This document shows positions 40,501 through 51,458 of a DNA stretch of 64,000 bases, in pieces; position 1 is the stretch's first letter; each line of letters begins with the position of its first letter. A program made the translations under genes and the position numbers. Source of the stretch: Podarcis tiliguerta (taxonomy: Eukaryota); NCBI GenBank assembly GCA_965153285.1, contig OZ229123.1; one strand, written 5' to 3'. The notes beneath the pieces were generated by a model that had not been told where the DNA came from, ran no database searches, and was given only the letters and a program-made list of their open reading frames with translations.

Positions 40501-43500
40501 GGGGGGGGGGGGAGTGGCGCACCTCCCAGCTAGTTGGCAGTGTGCGCTCCCTAGCTGCTTGATGGGGGGGGGGAGCGGCATGCCCACCTCCCAGCTGGTT
40601 GGCGGTGGGGGTGGAGCGTACGCACCACCAACCAGCAGGGAGGTGGGCACGCCACTGCCCCCCCAAGCAGCTAGGGAGCATGCGCAGCCTCCCAGCTGGT
40701 TGGTGGTGCACACACTCCCTAGCTGGTTAGCCTGCACATGTTCCCTAGCTGGTTAGCCTGCGCACGCCTCCCCCCCCCCACGCAGCTAGGGAGCACGCGT
40801 ACCGCCAACCAGCTTCGAGGCAGGCACCCAGCTACCCAAGCCGGTGCTGGTGCTGGGCTCTGAGCGCGCTCCGTGCCTGCCTCCTGGCACTACCGCCCTG
40901 AACGGGGGGCAGCCGGCACCAGCACCTGCAAATAAACCTTGAATTTTAAGTGTGCAGCTTATATTCGGGCCAATATGGTGCAGCGGTTAACTTAGTCTCC
41001 AATCATTTTGGGACAAGGGGCACATTTAGAGATAAAAGAAACTTGTGGACACCACAGCATACACATTCAACAGAAGAAAAACTGGTGATATTCAGAAACA
41101 GCCCCATACACCTAAAAGGCAAAGCACAGACACCTAGAGACAAATAAAACACAGTAAAAACAACAACAAACCTCCTCCTACCACAAAAACTAGGCAATCT
41201 CATCAAACAAAAAATATCAATTAAAAAATAGAAAGTGGGAGAGGGAGGCTGAGTGGGGTGCCCTAATGCACTGTCATACCCATGGGGGGCCCAAGATTCG
41301 TCCTCTGCCAGGTTTACAAGAGTTAAGATTTTTCACATTTGTATCCTGCCTATGAATTCTGGTACAACTATTTGGAAAACATCATTGGGTTAGCAAATGA
41401 AGAAACATGGTTCTTTTTCCCACACACATTATCCCAACAAATTATCACCATGAAACATTTCCATCCAGAAGGATACAGAGCTTCTCATCATCCTGAAAGG
41501 TGAAGTAGAGATTGACAAAGAAAGGGTGATCCAGGCAAGACATGATATCTTTCTCCCTATTCACGCACGGCACCTTGCCCTCTTTTATGATGTGGCGCTT
41601 CTCCAGAATTTTAACTTTTAAAAAGACAAATAAGTTACAACACACTTGGGAAATACACAGTGAAGCTGCAAACTCATCTGCTCTGCTTGACTATGAAGCT
41701 ACACTTAGAGAGCAGCTTCCCACAAAAGCAGCAGCAGGCATAACCTAGACTTCCTTTGGCTCCATTATGAGGACTGGGCATCATCCATCTAAAATCCACA
41801 CCCTAATGAAGAAAGGGTTACTCACTGGCATATTCTCTGGAGGTAGACAATTCTCTGGCCAAGAAGACCTGTTAAATGGGAAATAAGAACTGCCTTATGT
41901 TTTGCATGCAACCAAGATCCCACAAAAGGTCTCCAACCTACTGAGGGGGTGAGTGGAAAAGGGGAATTCCGCCCATTGGAGCCCAGGGCCCCAAGGGACC
42001 ATTGCTCTATCCACACCAGTTACATCAGCCAGTCTCATACACATTCCCAGCACTCCCTAAAGACAACATGTAGGAACTGTTCTGGGGGGTCTCCCAACTT
42101 CCTAGGGCAGATTATTTTCGGGGGTGGGGGTGGGTGAGTGGGAGTCACTGCACTGGCCTTTGCTAGTGTGCTTGGTTAGGTGAATCTGGTCCTATATGTC
42201 CAGAAGGGAAGGGGTAAACCATCATTTTGTAAGAAGTCATAAAATCCAGAAATCCTAAGGTACCCAAGAGGTTTTTTGTTTTTGATTTTTTTTGGGGGGG
42301 GGGGCAGCTATAGCAAGCAATGACACATCACAGGGGTGGAGAGTCAAAACCTGCCAATGCAACATGTGCACAACAGCAGGGGTTCAATGAGGACAGACAG
42401 AGGTGGTAACCTCATCTCACTAAAAGTCTGGTGTGAGACTGCAGGGGCCGCAAGAGGACAAAAAGTACCATAACAGCCAACAGCTGTGAACATTATTTCT
42501 CTGACCTCCTGCAGAGCCAAGCAGAACCTTCCTCCGGGCAAGCTGGTGGGCAAAGTGTTTTCCTTAGAGAATGCTGGGGGGGGGGGGGACTGTCTGAATG
42601 ATACACAAAGGCCAAACGGCTGGCTTCTGCCATGACACTCCCAGAACCCACAGTTGCAGTAGATACTCACTGTTGAGAAAGACCCTTCGCCCAGAATCTT
42701 GACAAAGTTAAAGTCCTCTGGGCGTTTCTTTCGAGGCTGTGGAGGTTGCTGCAAGGATTTTTCACTCCCCCTTGGCTCAGCCGTTGTGCCCTCCATGCTC
42801 AGTCCCTGCCTGCTGCCACAGGGAGCAGCAACAGGTGAAGGGCTGGGATCTGCCTGGTTCCTCACCATTGATGGTGATGGGCAGGAACATAAAACCACGC
42901 TGGACTGGATTGGAACAGCATCGTACTGAAGGAAAGAGAAAGAATGTACATGATGCTGCAGCTTGCAATCTATTAGCCACACATCCCCGTATACAAGTTG
43001 GAAATATGCCAAAGTTCAGGAGTGCTGCTCCCCACAAAAAAGGGGGGGCTACAGGCACCTACTGGCGATCATGGCAACTATGCTACATTGCTGTGATTCC
43101 ATAGATCAAGCATGTACAAAACACACAAAAATGGCCACCTCATGACCTGAATTTCAAGAGTCAAGAGTTGCCACTTTACTGCTTCACAAATAATTACTAT
43201 TATTAATTATACACCCTTCACCCTAAGGTCCCAGCCTATACTTGAATCTATAAAAGCCAAAGTCTTTCAGATCACAGCAGGTCTTCAGAGATCTGAAGGC
43301 TAAAGGAATCCAACCCACAAAGTTCGGAAGCTGCCTGAAGAACTTGGTAAGTCTAACACACACATCCAATTAGCTAGAGAGAAACTGAAACAGTCTGAAA
43401 CGATTTGGTGTTTTAATATTTGACACGCAAACCAGTGAAAAGAGCAGCTTACTCAAGTGAAATAATAATTCTGCAATTCATGGCTTTAAAATATCCTTAC

Positions 43501-46500
43501 ATAACCAAAGACACCATAGACTCAAGATAGGACCGTCTGCATGCAAAGCAGGTACACTACCTACTAACGTACAATTCCTCCACTATTTTATTACAATGTG
43601 CTTCTAGGACCTCTGGTCATTCTGTCATCTTACAGTAGAATAGTAGCCTCCAAACTACATTCTAATAATAATTATGAGAAACAGTAAATGTTTTTGACTG
43701 GAAGCTTAGCATATTGAGGACTGCTATGGTGAATGTATGGAATTGTGCTTCACTGATTGCTTGGTGCCTGTTTTTTCATAGAAACACAGGAAACTACTGA
43801 AACCAAGTCAGGCTAATTGGTCCATCTAATTCTGTATTGTTTACATTGAGAGGTATTCAAATATCCAAAGTCAAGCAGCTTCCCCATTTATATCAGGAAG
43901 CTTTTCATTATCAACAAGTTCAACTTTCAGACTTTCCTTTAGACTCTTAACTTTAAGGAAATTAAATGAATGATTAATTCTTTCCTTCCTTCAGTGTTGC
44001 TATTTCTTCAGGTGAGAGAGGTTTATAAGATGTCAAGACTCCTCAGAAAACCCAAGTTTCCACATCAGACTGGCTGAAACATTCCTATCCATTTGACATT
44101 GCCATTTCAATTTCCTCTGAACAGCTTATCAAGGTCTGCCATCTAGGTATGAATCCCGTTTCAGAGTAAAAATAGTGTTCCAGACTGAATAAATGAGCTA
44201 ACTTGTAATGGGCCATGGCTTTAATGGCTGCCTTACTATGTCCCACTTGCTCTTGCCAATGCCAAAGAAAAGTACCCAGGCCAGGTATGCCTAGGCTTGA
44301 AAGTGTTATAAAAATCCTGCTGACACACATTGAATAGAAATACTATTGCCTAGATAACAGTTCCTCTACTTCTGTAGCTTATTACTTCTAACATGATTTT
44401 TAAAATGCACACACCCTTGTTACACTTACCCAGCAACTGAAATTTTATGCTGGTTTGAACCCCCACCTGAATTTTGAGTCCAGCCCATTATTTTCATTGT
44501 GTCAAAGGCTATATATCAGCAATAAACCACAGATAAAAAAGCATCAATATGGCATGAAGCTAACTGTTTTTAATTAACTAGAGTTGCTTTTATTAATCAC
44601 TTCTGTTTTAACTGTTTTGTTTAGTTTTAAGAGGTTTAATGTGATTTTAATGGGATGATTATTTTATTATGCTTTATATTTAAAACAATTGTGTTCCAAG
44701 AGAAAATATACATAGTAGATAATTAAAAATAAACATAATAAATAAAGAACCTCCTGCTCTCTCAGGAGTCACAGCATGTGGTCGACTTGCCCAGGTAATG
44801 AGTTCTGTAGCCAGATAGATGGTATACAGTTCAGCAGCAGCTGCCACTGCATACATCCAGCCTTGAGAAGTCTAGGATCACCAGTGAAATGCAAGTTTGT
44901 TTTGTAGCAGAATGATAACATTTTGGCAAGTGCAGTATTTTATGCTCACAGCAAAGAGCAGGCAAACTGCCCCCTGATAATTACTTGCAAAGACATATAT
45001 AATTCATGCCCTAGCAATATACAATGGAGCTTCTTCTTCAGTATGGAACTTAACAGTTTATGAACAGGGCCTACAAATTTCAAGGCAGAGCCATCCCTGG
45101 ACTCAGAAGACCCACCATGTGGGATGCCATAATCCAAGAAGCTAAGACAGCCTTCCTCAACCTGATGCCCTTCTGATGCCTTGGACTATGATTTCAGCAC
45201 AGCCATGCTGGGTGTTGCTAATGGGAATTGTAATAAAAATATGTGGAGGATATCAGGCTCAAGAAGTTTGATCTAGGATGGTGTTATATCTGCCTATCTC
45301 TGGGGAACACAGAATAAGCAAGTGTACACTGTTTGCACACAATACATGATGCTAGGCAGATGCACACACAAACTGCACAAGAAATCTGGAATCATTTTCA
45401 CATTTAAGTCATTCTACAGTACTAAGAAAAGTCAAGTAAGCTGATGAAAGTGCAAAGGGCACAGGCACACCTGTGACACCTTGCTACACACCTGTTTGAA
45501 CTCTGATGGTGGCATAAAGTCACACAATTCTGCAGAAAAGGCCATAAGTGTTATAGAACTTGTGGTTTGCATGTATAAAAATGCCAGGCTCTGTTCCATT
45601 CAACTACTGTTGCCCAGCTCCGGGAATTATTGGTTGGATGAGTCATTATTTGATTCAATACAATGTGGAGTCTTCTATGCCTCCTATGGCATAAGTACTC
45701 ATGGCTGGCATTTGCATTTTTAATTCTGCTGATAACATGAGGTCATATGGAAACAACATCTACACTTCCTCAAGCACATGTGACATAATGTGAGGACTGG
45801 GTAGCCAGTTTTCACCAGCTGATATGTATTTGTAAGTAAGCGGGAATAGGTTGGAGTTGGTGCCACAGAAATGACACATGAACAGCATGACAGTGGCCAA
45901 CTGTGTCAATGAAACTACTGGGAAGAACGGCAATTACTCAAGAACTTTAAATCAGGATGTGAAACAAATTTGAAGTAGAACAGGCTGAAAATGAAATCCT
46001 CTGACAACAAGCATCAAAAGCTACACATATATTGAAAAAATAAAGAATTTGCTCTACAGCAGCACCTCCTAAGGACTGAGCGTATTAGATCTCACCTCAG
46101 CTGTAAATCAACTGGGCATCCTTTGCATGACGTCTGCCTTACAGAATTGCTCCTTAACTAATTTATAAGAAGTTTCTTTGACCACTGGAAGATTCAGCTT
46201 TTCAATCCCTCAGGACTAGCAGGGCCCCCAAAACGGTGGGCTAAGGCGACACACTGCTCTATCGCTAATGCTAAGCCCGGAATGTAGCCGAAATCGCAAC
46301 CTCCGTATCGCCCGCGACAGTCGGAGGCGCCAACACCCAATGCACACCGGAAGACGAGCTGCCCTCTCCGTTGCCGCCGGGGAAAGGAGGTGGAATTCCG
46401 AGGGCAAATGGGCGCGCCCCTCCCCGCCTAAGTGGGGCACTCACTTCACGGGGATCCCGCGCCGCTACGCAAAACAAGGCAGGCTCTAGCCGAGGCCTGC

Positions 46501-46839
46501 CTGCTTATCCAGGTAAGACGACGGGAGGCCAAACACCGGGCGGGGGGGGGGGGGTCAGGGCCCGGCCGGCTCCTCCGCAGCTTTCGCTTCCGTGCTGTAG
46601 CCTGGGCCCCGCCCCTCTCCGGCCAGGATCCCAGGCTGACCCCGAGGCGCCTGCAGAGCCCCTGGCCAAGGGGAGATCCGGGGTCGGGGAGCGGCGAACC
46701 CCACCTTCCCTCCGCCAGAGGTCCCGCTCGCGCCGCGGCCTCCCGGAAGGCAGCGCAGGCCAAGCGGCCGCTCCTCTCCTCCCCTCTTCCCCGCCGGCTC
46801 CCGCGCGGAGCTTACCAGGGGGCTGCCGGTGCTGGCCAT
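31401..46839 (-). CDS. PDPK1: 3-phosphoinositide-dependent protein kinase 1, spliced CDS span (553 aa)
   Basis: 14 exons (24/255/43/138/145/98/76/69/97/174/224/58/153/108 = 1662 nt), in frame. Motifs [36 protein letters not shown] and a C-terminal PH domain. Confidence 0.98.
31985..32137 (-). CDS. PDPK1: PDPK1 exon 13 (PH domain)
   Basis: [22 protein letters not shown]...FFVHT|gtaag, 153 nt. Confidence 0.96.
32724..32987. mobile_element. Tc1/mariner-pogo type MITE
   Basis: TIRs gtattttttgctctataagac / gtcttatagagcgaaaaatacgg, TA-flanked. Confidence 0.8.
33248..33305 (-). CDS. PDPK1: PDPK1 exon 12
   Basis: [19 protein letters not shown]|gtaagt, 58 nt. Confidence 0.95.
33782..34005 (-). CDS. 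PDPK1: PDPK1 exon 11
   Basis: [16 protein letters not shown]...KQAGGNPW|gtaagc, 224 nt. Confidence 0.95.
34330..34482. mobile_element. Partial MITE (one end), related to 57682-57838
   Basis: Ends gtcttatacacggaaaaatatggta. Confidence 0.6.
36032..36205 (-). CDS. PDPK1: PDPK1 exon 10
   Basis: [13 protein letters not shown]...[10 protein letters not shown]|gtaagt, 174 nt. Confidence 0.96.
37086..37182 (-). CDS. PDPK1: PDPK1 exon 9
   Basis: [32 protein letters not shown]|gtaaa, 97 nt. Confidence 0.95.
37332..37400 (-). CDS. PDPK1: PDPK1 exon 8
   Basis: [23 protein letters not shown]|gtaaga, 69 nt. Confidence 0.95.
37751..38261. mobile_element. Non-autonomous hAT-type DNA transposon
   Basis: TIRs tagggctgagtgat / atcgcccaggccta and a perfect 8-bp TSD ggtcccaa (37743-37750, 38262-38269). 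Confidence 0.85.
38690..38765 (-). CDS. PDPK1: PDPK1 exon 7 (activation loop)
   Basis: [25 protein letters not shown]|gtgagt, 76 nt. Confidence 0.96.
39226..39323 (-). CDS. PDPK1: PDPK1 exon 6
   Basis: [32 protein letters not shown]|gtgggt, 98 nt. Confidence 0.96.
40075..40219 (-). CDS. PDPK1: PDPK1 exon 5
   Basis: [49 protein letters not shown], 145 nt. Confidence 0.96.
40220..41476 (-). other. PDPK1: U12-type (minor spliceosome) GT-AG intron, PDPK1 intron 4
   Basis: Donor GTATCCTTC; branch site TCCTTAAC ~11 nt before the acceptor, with no polypyrimidine tract. Confidence 0.92.
40363..40980. mobile_element. Tc1/mariner-pogo type MITE with GC-rich repetitive interior
   Basis: TIRs ccgtattggcccgaatataagc / gcttatattcgggccaatatgg; internal repeats of ccc(t)agctggtt in both orientations. 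Confidence 0.82.
41477..41614 (-). CDS. PDPK1: PDPK1 exon 4 (catalytic Lys, alphaB/alphaC)
   Basis: [46 protein letters not shown], 138 nt. Confidence 0.96.
41826..41868 (-). CDS. PDPK1: PDPK1 exon 3
   Basis: [14 protein letters not shown]|gtgagt, 43 nt. Confidence 0.94.
42671..42925 (-). CDS. PDPK1: PDPK1 exon 2
   Basis: [22 protein letters not shown]...[10 protein letters not shown]|gtgagt, 255 nt. Confidence 0.96.
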
Positions 46840-47520
46840 GGGCGCGGGCTGCTCGTCCGTCTGCCCGCCCTCCGAGCGAGCGAACGACTCGGCCGCGCTC
46901 CAACCAGAGAGTCCGACCCAATGGGACGCCCGCGTCCTCCGTGAATGACGTCGGCCACAACAATGCCCTCTTCCGCTAGGGGAGGGCGGGACTTCCGCCC
47001 GCCTCCCTTCAGCACTGGATGGGCGCCGAGGCACTCAGCCACGTCTCGTCGGCTCACGCGAGACTGTCTTGCGCTTGCGCCAAAGAAGCCGGGCGGAGGG
47101 CGGGGGGCGAGTAGAAAGAGGAGCAGGTCAGCTGACCAGCCGGCTCCGCGGGAAGCGGGAGTGAAGCAATGCGCCACGCCCACTCGCTTTACCCACAACA
47201 CCTCTGCTTCGCCTCCAACCGCCGTTTCCCGTGATGCACCACTCCCCTCTTTCGACGGTGGCAAACCGGTACGGTAGAGAGGCTGCCTGGGGACGCCTCC
47301 CGCGGAGGACCCGGAGCCAGCTGGCCTGTGGCTTCCTTCCTCCCATTGGCTCGTCTGGAGGTCGGGAAGCCGGAGGGCGGCGAAGAGGCTTTCAGGCCCG
47401 GGACTCGACTTCTCCGTCTGCTCTCCTCCTGCCTCAGCAGCGATGAGACTCTCCTGCTGCTGTCGCTGTAGCTGTTCTTATGCTCACAAAGATAGTGCAA
47501 GAGCGCCCGAGTCCACCACC
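46240..47520. promoter_or_regulatory. CpG island / PDPK1 promoter
   Basis: CpG-dense block with TGACGTC (CRE-like) near 46946, ACTTCCG (ETS) near 46991 and several GC boxes. Confidence 0.85.
46816..46839 (-). CDS. PDPK1: PDPK1 exon 1 (coding part MASTGSPL)
   Basis: CCC ATG GCC start and CTG|gtaagc donor in the CpG island; 8 codons, like human MARTTSQL. Confidence 0.9.
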
Positions 47521-47647
47521 CTTCAATATATATTCTCAGGGCTACTTGCACCAATAGAAAGCATCAGATATAACAAGATATTTATGTCATCACCTCATTC
47601 CACAAAGATCTCATTGCTATTTATATCATTACAAGAAAAGTATACAG

Positions 47648-47830
47648 CAGAGGTTTCCAAACATTTCATGTTGGTGACACACTTTTTAGACATGCATCAT
47701 TTTGCAACACAGTCATTCAGTTTTACTAGCAAACCGGAGGTTAAACTATCCCCTTTCCAGCCCCGGGAGCAGCGCGGGGACTGTTTGTGCAACACACACA
47801 CTGCAGCCGACACACGTGTTTGGAAAGCTG
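47648..47830. mobile_element. Short hAT-like MITE
   Basis: Imperfect TIRs cagaggtttccaaac / gtttggaaagctg; degenerate 8-bp TSD gtatacag/gtaaacaa. Confidence 0.55.
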
Positions 47831-50544
47831 GTAAACAATACATACCAACTGAAGACAATCATGTAAGGTATTGAAAATTTAAAACAACAAAACAGCCTTG
47901 ACATAACAGTTCAGCAAACACCACCTGCCAGCAGCAGAAGAGAGACCTCAACCATCAAATGTCTGGGAATCAAGAACAGTCGTGGTCTGGCAACCCCTCC
48001 CAAAATGGTAGTGGTAGTGCCAAGTGGGTCTCCTTGGGAGGGGCACTCCTGAAAATATCCTTTCTCCTGTACTGGAGGGGGAACTCTGAAGAGAAGAGCC
48101 CAGCTGTCAAATTAGATATATGATCCATCTAGCCCAGTCTCCTGTGTTCACAAAAGCCAATCGGATGCCCCAAAGCAAAGCTCTCAAGCAGGACCCTGGT
48201 GTACCAGCCCACCTGCAGTTTCTAGCAGCTGGTGCTATTCAGAAGCATACACCCACTGGTCATCCCAGCAGTGATCCAATAGGAGAGCACATGGAATAGG
48301 TTGGAGTGGAGTGCCACTCAGCTTCTTTCTCTGCTCACCAGCATTAAAAGGCCATATAATGGGTATGGAGGCAGGCAGGAACCAGACACAAACAGTTACT
48401 TCCTTTAAACTTCTGTAATTTCAAGAATGTACTACCAGCAGGTGTCGCCTTTTTGTACGAGCTGCTTACTGGATGCATTTGTAACTTCAAGGAATAGTCA
48501 TCCCACATTCAAAAGAGGTTTACTGAAGGCACTTTGTGGCGAATGGGATGTCAAAAGTAGATTCAAGAGGTTCTCTAGTTGGATTTCCACGTGGGCATCA
48601 TTGTCAAAGCCACAAACACAGCTCTTGTGCCAGACTCCAAACTAAAGTGAAGATGTAGAAAACATTCAGTTTCTGGCACGCCAGTAACTTGAGGGAAGGG
48701 GGCACTCCTTCACCAGGAAATAAAGTTTGATAACAATGATGGCCAGCCATTTCCTTTCTCTTTGGATGTGAATGCCTGACCCTCTCCCCCCCGCCCACAC
48801 ACATCCTGTCCTGAAACTATGCCACCCTCTTCTCTGTGGGCTTCGTCCATGCAGTGAAAGAGCATAGGTGGTGTAGTTGGTACAGGGCCGAAAGATGGTC
48901 GTATTTCACTATAACTAAGGGTCTAGTGATAGAACATAGGTTCTGAGGGTGTGAACCTGGAAGTCATTGATTCAGCTCTCAACTCAGCCATCTCAACTCG
49001 TGACAGGAGAACATCTAAGTGGTTTTCTGGTCTTTTATGCCTTTTGGTTTTCTGGCCCCAGAGAGTATGGGGCTTAGTCTACAGATGTCTGCACTCATGA
49101 GATAGCCTGGGCTGTGCTTTCAAAACAATTAACCAGCTTAGATCTTTGCATGTGATTTGAACATATCTTTCTTGAAAATGCTGAGCAGAGCAGATCGGAG
49201 CTTCTGAGTAGAGCTCTGATTGGAACTGATTAGCATCTGTGGCTGCATCACATGCCAGGAAGGGATGGGGTTGAGTGAGGCAGGCATTTGCTCAAGGCTG
49301 CAAGGTGCTGGGCTAAGGTGAGGAGAAGGTGTTTGGCATTTGTTGGGTTAGAAATGTCTCAGTATCTCACCCTTCTAATACTCTCCTTGCCTCCCAACTT
49401 GGGAAGAATTATTGAGCAGAGTGAAGAAGGTCTAAGAGAAAGGAAGCACAGTTGCCAAAGGCTGGTCGGCCCTCTCCCTCTCCCCCAACCTCCAGCAAAA
49501 GACTTGCATGCTGCTGCTTTCATTTGCTTAAGGCAAGATTATCATTTGGGGGGGGGGTGCTTTAAGCTTTGATCTACTGATTGCTGCCCTCCCTCACAGC
49601 AGCATGGAAGAAGTCTGCAGAGATGTGTGTTGCTGCTGCCACTGCTGCTGTACCACACAGATAATAAAACATCCTTCCTGGCAGCAGTGATGGACGATAA
49701 ACAGCCCCAGCTTGGGTCATTTTGAGTTTGCAGTTGGCCACTCTCACACTGGAGGCAACACAATCTAATTTAGGCTGATAGTGCCTGTTGTGAAACCCCT
49801 CCCACCCGGGAAAGACAAGGCCAAGACTAACCAGTTCCTCATACCTGATCAATAGCAATTGGGCGGGGGTGAGGGTGGGGAGAGTGTTTTTCCTCTGACC
49901 TCCATGGGAATGGAGGCGAGCTGACGGAGGTAGTCTTGAATGTGGTGTTGGAGAATCCCTTCATGGCAGTTTTGGCGGCTTCAATGTCCATGCTGAGGCT
50001 GCCTCAGATGGGCCAGCCTAGGACTTCATGGCCCATATGATAACCACGAAGCTGTCTTGGCACATCAGTGGGCCAGCACATATGGCTGGGGATGGGCTTC
50101 ACACACTGTAAGGGGGGGGGGGGCTTATTGGGAATCCATCATCACCGACAGAGCATTCCCTGGTGAGGTTTGGGCTGAAGGCAGCTACTGCATGCTGCAG
50201 TGCCGGAGGAACTTGAAATGGTCAGCCTTTGGAGACTAATGGAATCTGATGGATGCTTGAATTCTCTGGTGGATTTGCAGATATTAACCCCCCCTGCAAT
50301 ACAAGAAACTGCACCAAGAGCTGTTTCAAGGATACAGCTCAACCCTCCCTGGCTCCTTGATTTTCTTGCCTTTTGTTGTGGGTGGCAGCTACCAGGCCCA
50401 GCAACCTCAGATGCCCAGGAAGGCTGGGCCTGTGAGTCACCACTCCATCACCTTCCCCAAGGGGTGGCAGCAGCAGCAGCACTGCAGGGTTCTGGTGGGG
50501 GACAGGGAACAGAGAACGCAAAGGGCATCTGTTCTGAGTGTGAC

Positions 50545-50550
50545 TTTATT
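50545..50550 (-). terminator. Candidate IL9R poly(A) signal AATAAA
   Basis: tttatt on + strand ~380 nt after the stop. Confidence 0.5.
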
Positions 50551-50893
50551 GCAGTTGCAAGCAGAACTCACTGGAAAGAAGCAGGCACCTCAAGAGACGA
50601 AGCCGTCGTGTTGTGGTTTTTTTTTATCTGCTCTCCAACACTGTACTACCCCCTGCCAACCCAGCTGCACATACTCCAACTATCAGCTCTGAGTCTCCCA
50701 CTGCAACACAGCTCCCAAATGCTCCTCTGCCTCCTTTCTTCCAGGGATGCCCCCTTCCAAGGCCAGACAAGAGAGAGGCCCAGCCATCAAGTCACACTGA
50801 CAGTCTTTTGTCCAGCCCCACTGGGGAAATATCCACCCATCAAGACCTCAGCCCAGCCATGGTCAGGGCAACAGGGCTCGCCTTGATCTGTGG

Positions 50894-50939
50894 GTGGGGG
50901 TCAGACATGGCTAGTGGGGGTCAGACATGGCTAGTGGGG
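50894..50939. repeat. 20-bp tandem duplication overlapping the IL9R stop codon
   Basis: gtgggggtcagacatggcta x2 plus a partial copy. Confidence 0.9.
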
Positions 50940-51458
50940 CCCAGAACAGCCTGGGGGGGAGTCCTTTGCAGCCTGGCCCGGCCCCCATGCTGAGATGCTT
51001 TGCAGCAGCTGCTCAGCAGCAGGCCTGGAGCCTGGCTGGCTGTGGCCACCTCCCAAGGCGCAGTAATCATTGCTGCCAAAGAGGAGGAGGAGGGCAGGTG
51101 TCTCCGTCTCCAGTGGGCCCTGTTCTTGGAAGGCGAAGCCCCACTCGCATGGCAAAGAAGAAGAGCTCTCCTGCTCTGTTTCCCCAGAGGGAAGGGGTGC
51201 CTCTGCTTCAGGCTGCGGCTGTTTCAGGTCTTCCTCGAGGCCTCTCTGTTTGCTGGCCATATATTGATAGTCTGGCATCTCAGGCGGGGGGCAACTGCTC
51301 TCTTTGGACAGGGCCTCATCCTCTGGCAGCGGCTGGCAGAAGGAAAGCCGGGAAATGCCTGCTGGGGGGGCTTTATCCTCCTCGCCCCCCTTGCTGTGGT
51401 CCCAGGCCATCTCCTTGTCCTCGTTGCTACCGGTCTTTTCTGCCAGGCCAGCCCAGCG
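50931..51458 (-). CDS. IL9R: IL9R terminal exon (cytoplasmic tail)
   Basis: gttccag|RWAG...ISRLSF...DYQYM...NDYCALG...PH*. Confidence 0.85.
   Translation of the reverse strand, partial: RWAGLAEKTGSNEDKEMAWDHSKGGEEDKAPPAGISRLSFCQPLPEDEALSKESSCPPPEMPDYQYMASKQRGLEEDLKQPQPEAEAPLPSGETEQESSSSLPCEWGFAFQEQGPLETETPALLLLFGSNDYCALGGGHSQPGSRPAAEQLLQSISAWGPGQAAKDSPPGCSGPH

Noticed and set aside
40480-40840. Spaced short repeats that superficially resemble a CRISPR array
   Set aside because: Irregular spacing, both orientations, enclosed by MITE TIRs in a vertebrate intron, no cas genes.
46216-47554. Many overlapping ORFs around the PDPK1 promoter
   Set aside because: CpG-island artefacts; only the 24-nt coding start is supported.
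47900-50500. Possible extra gene between PDPK1 and IL9R
   Set aside because: No recognisable peptide or coherent exon chain on either strand; a lncRNA cannot be excluded from sequence alone.
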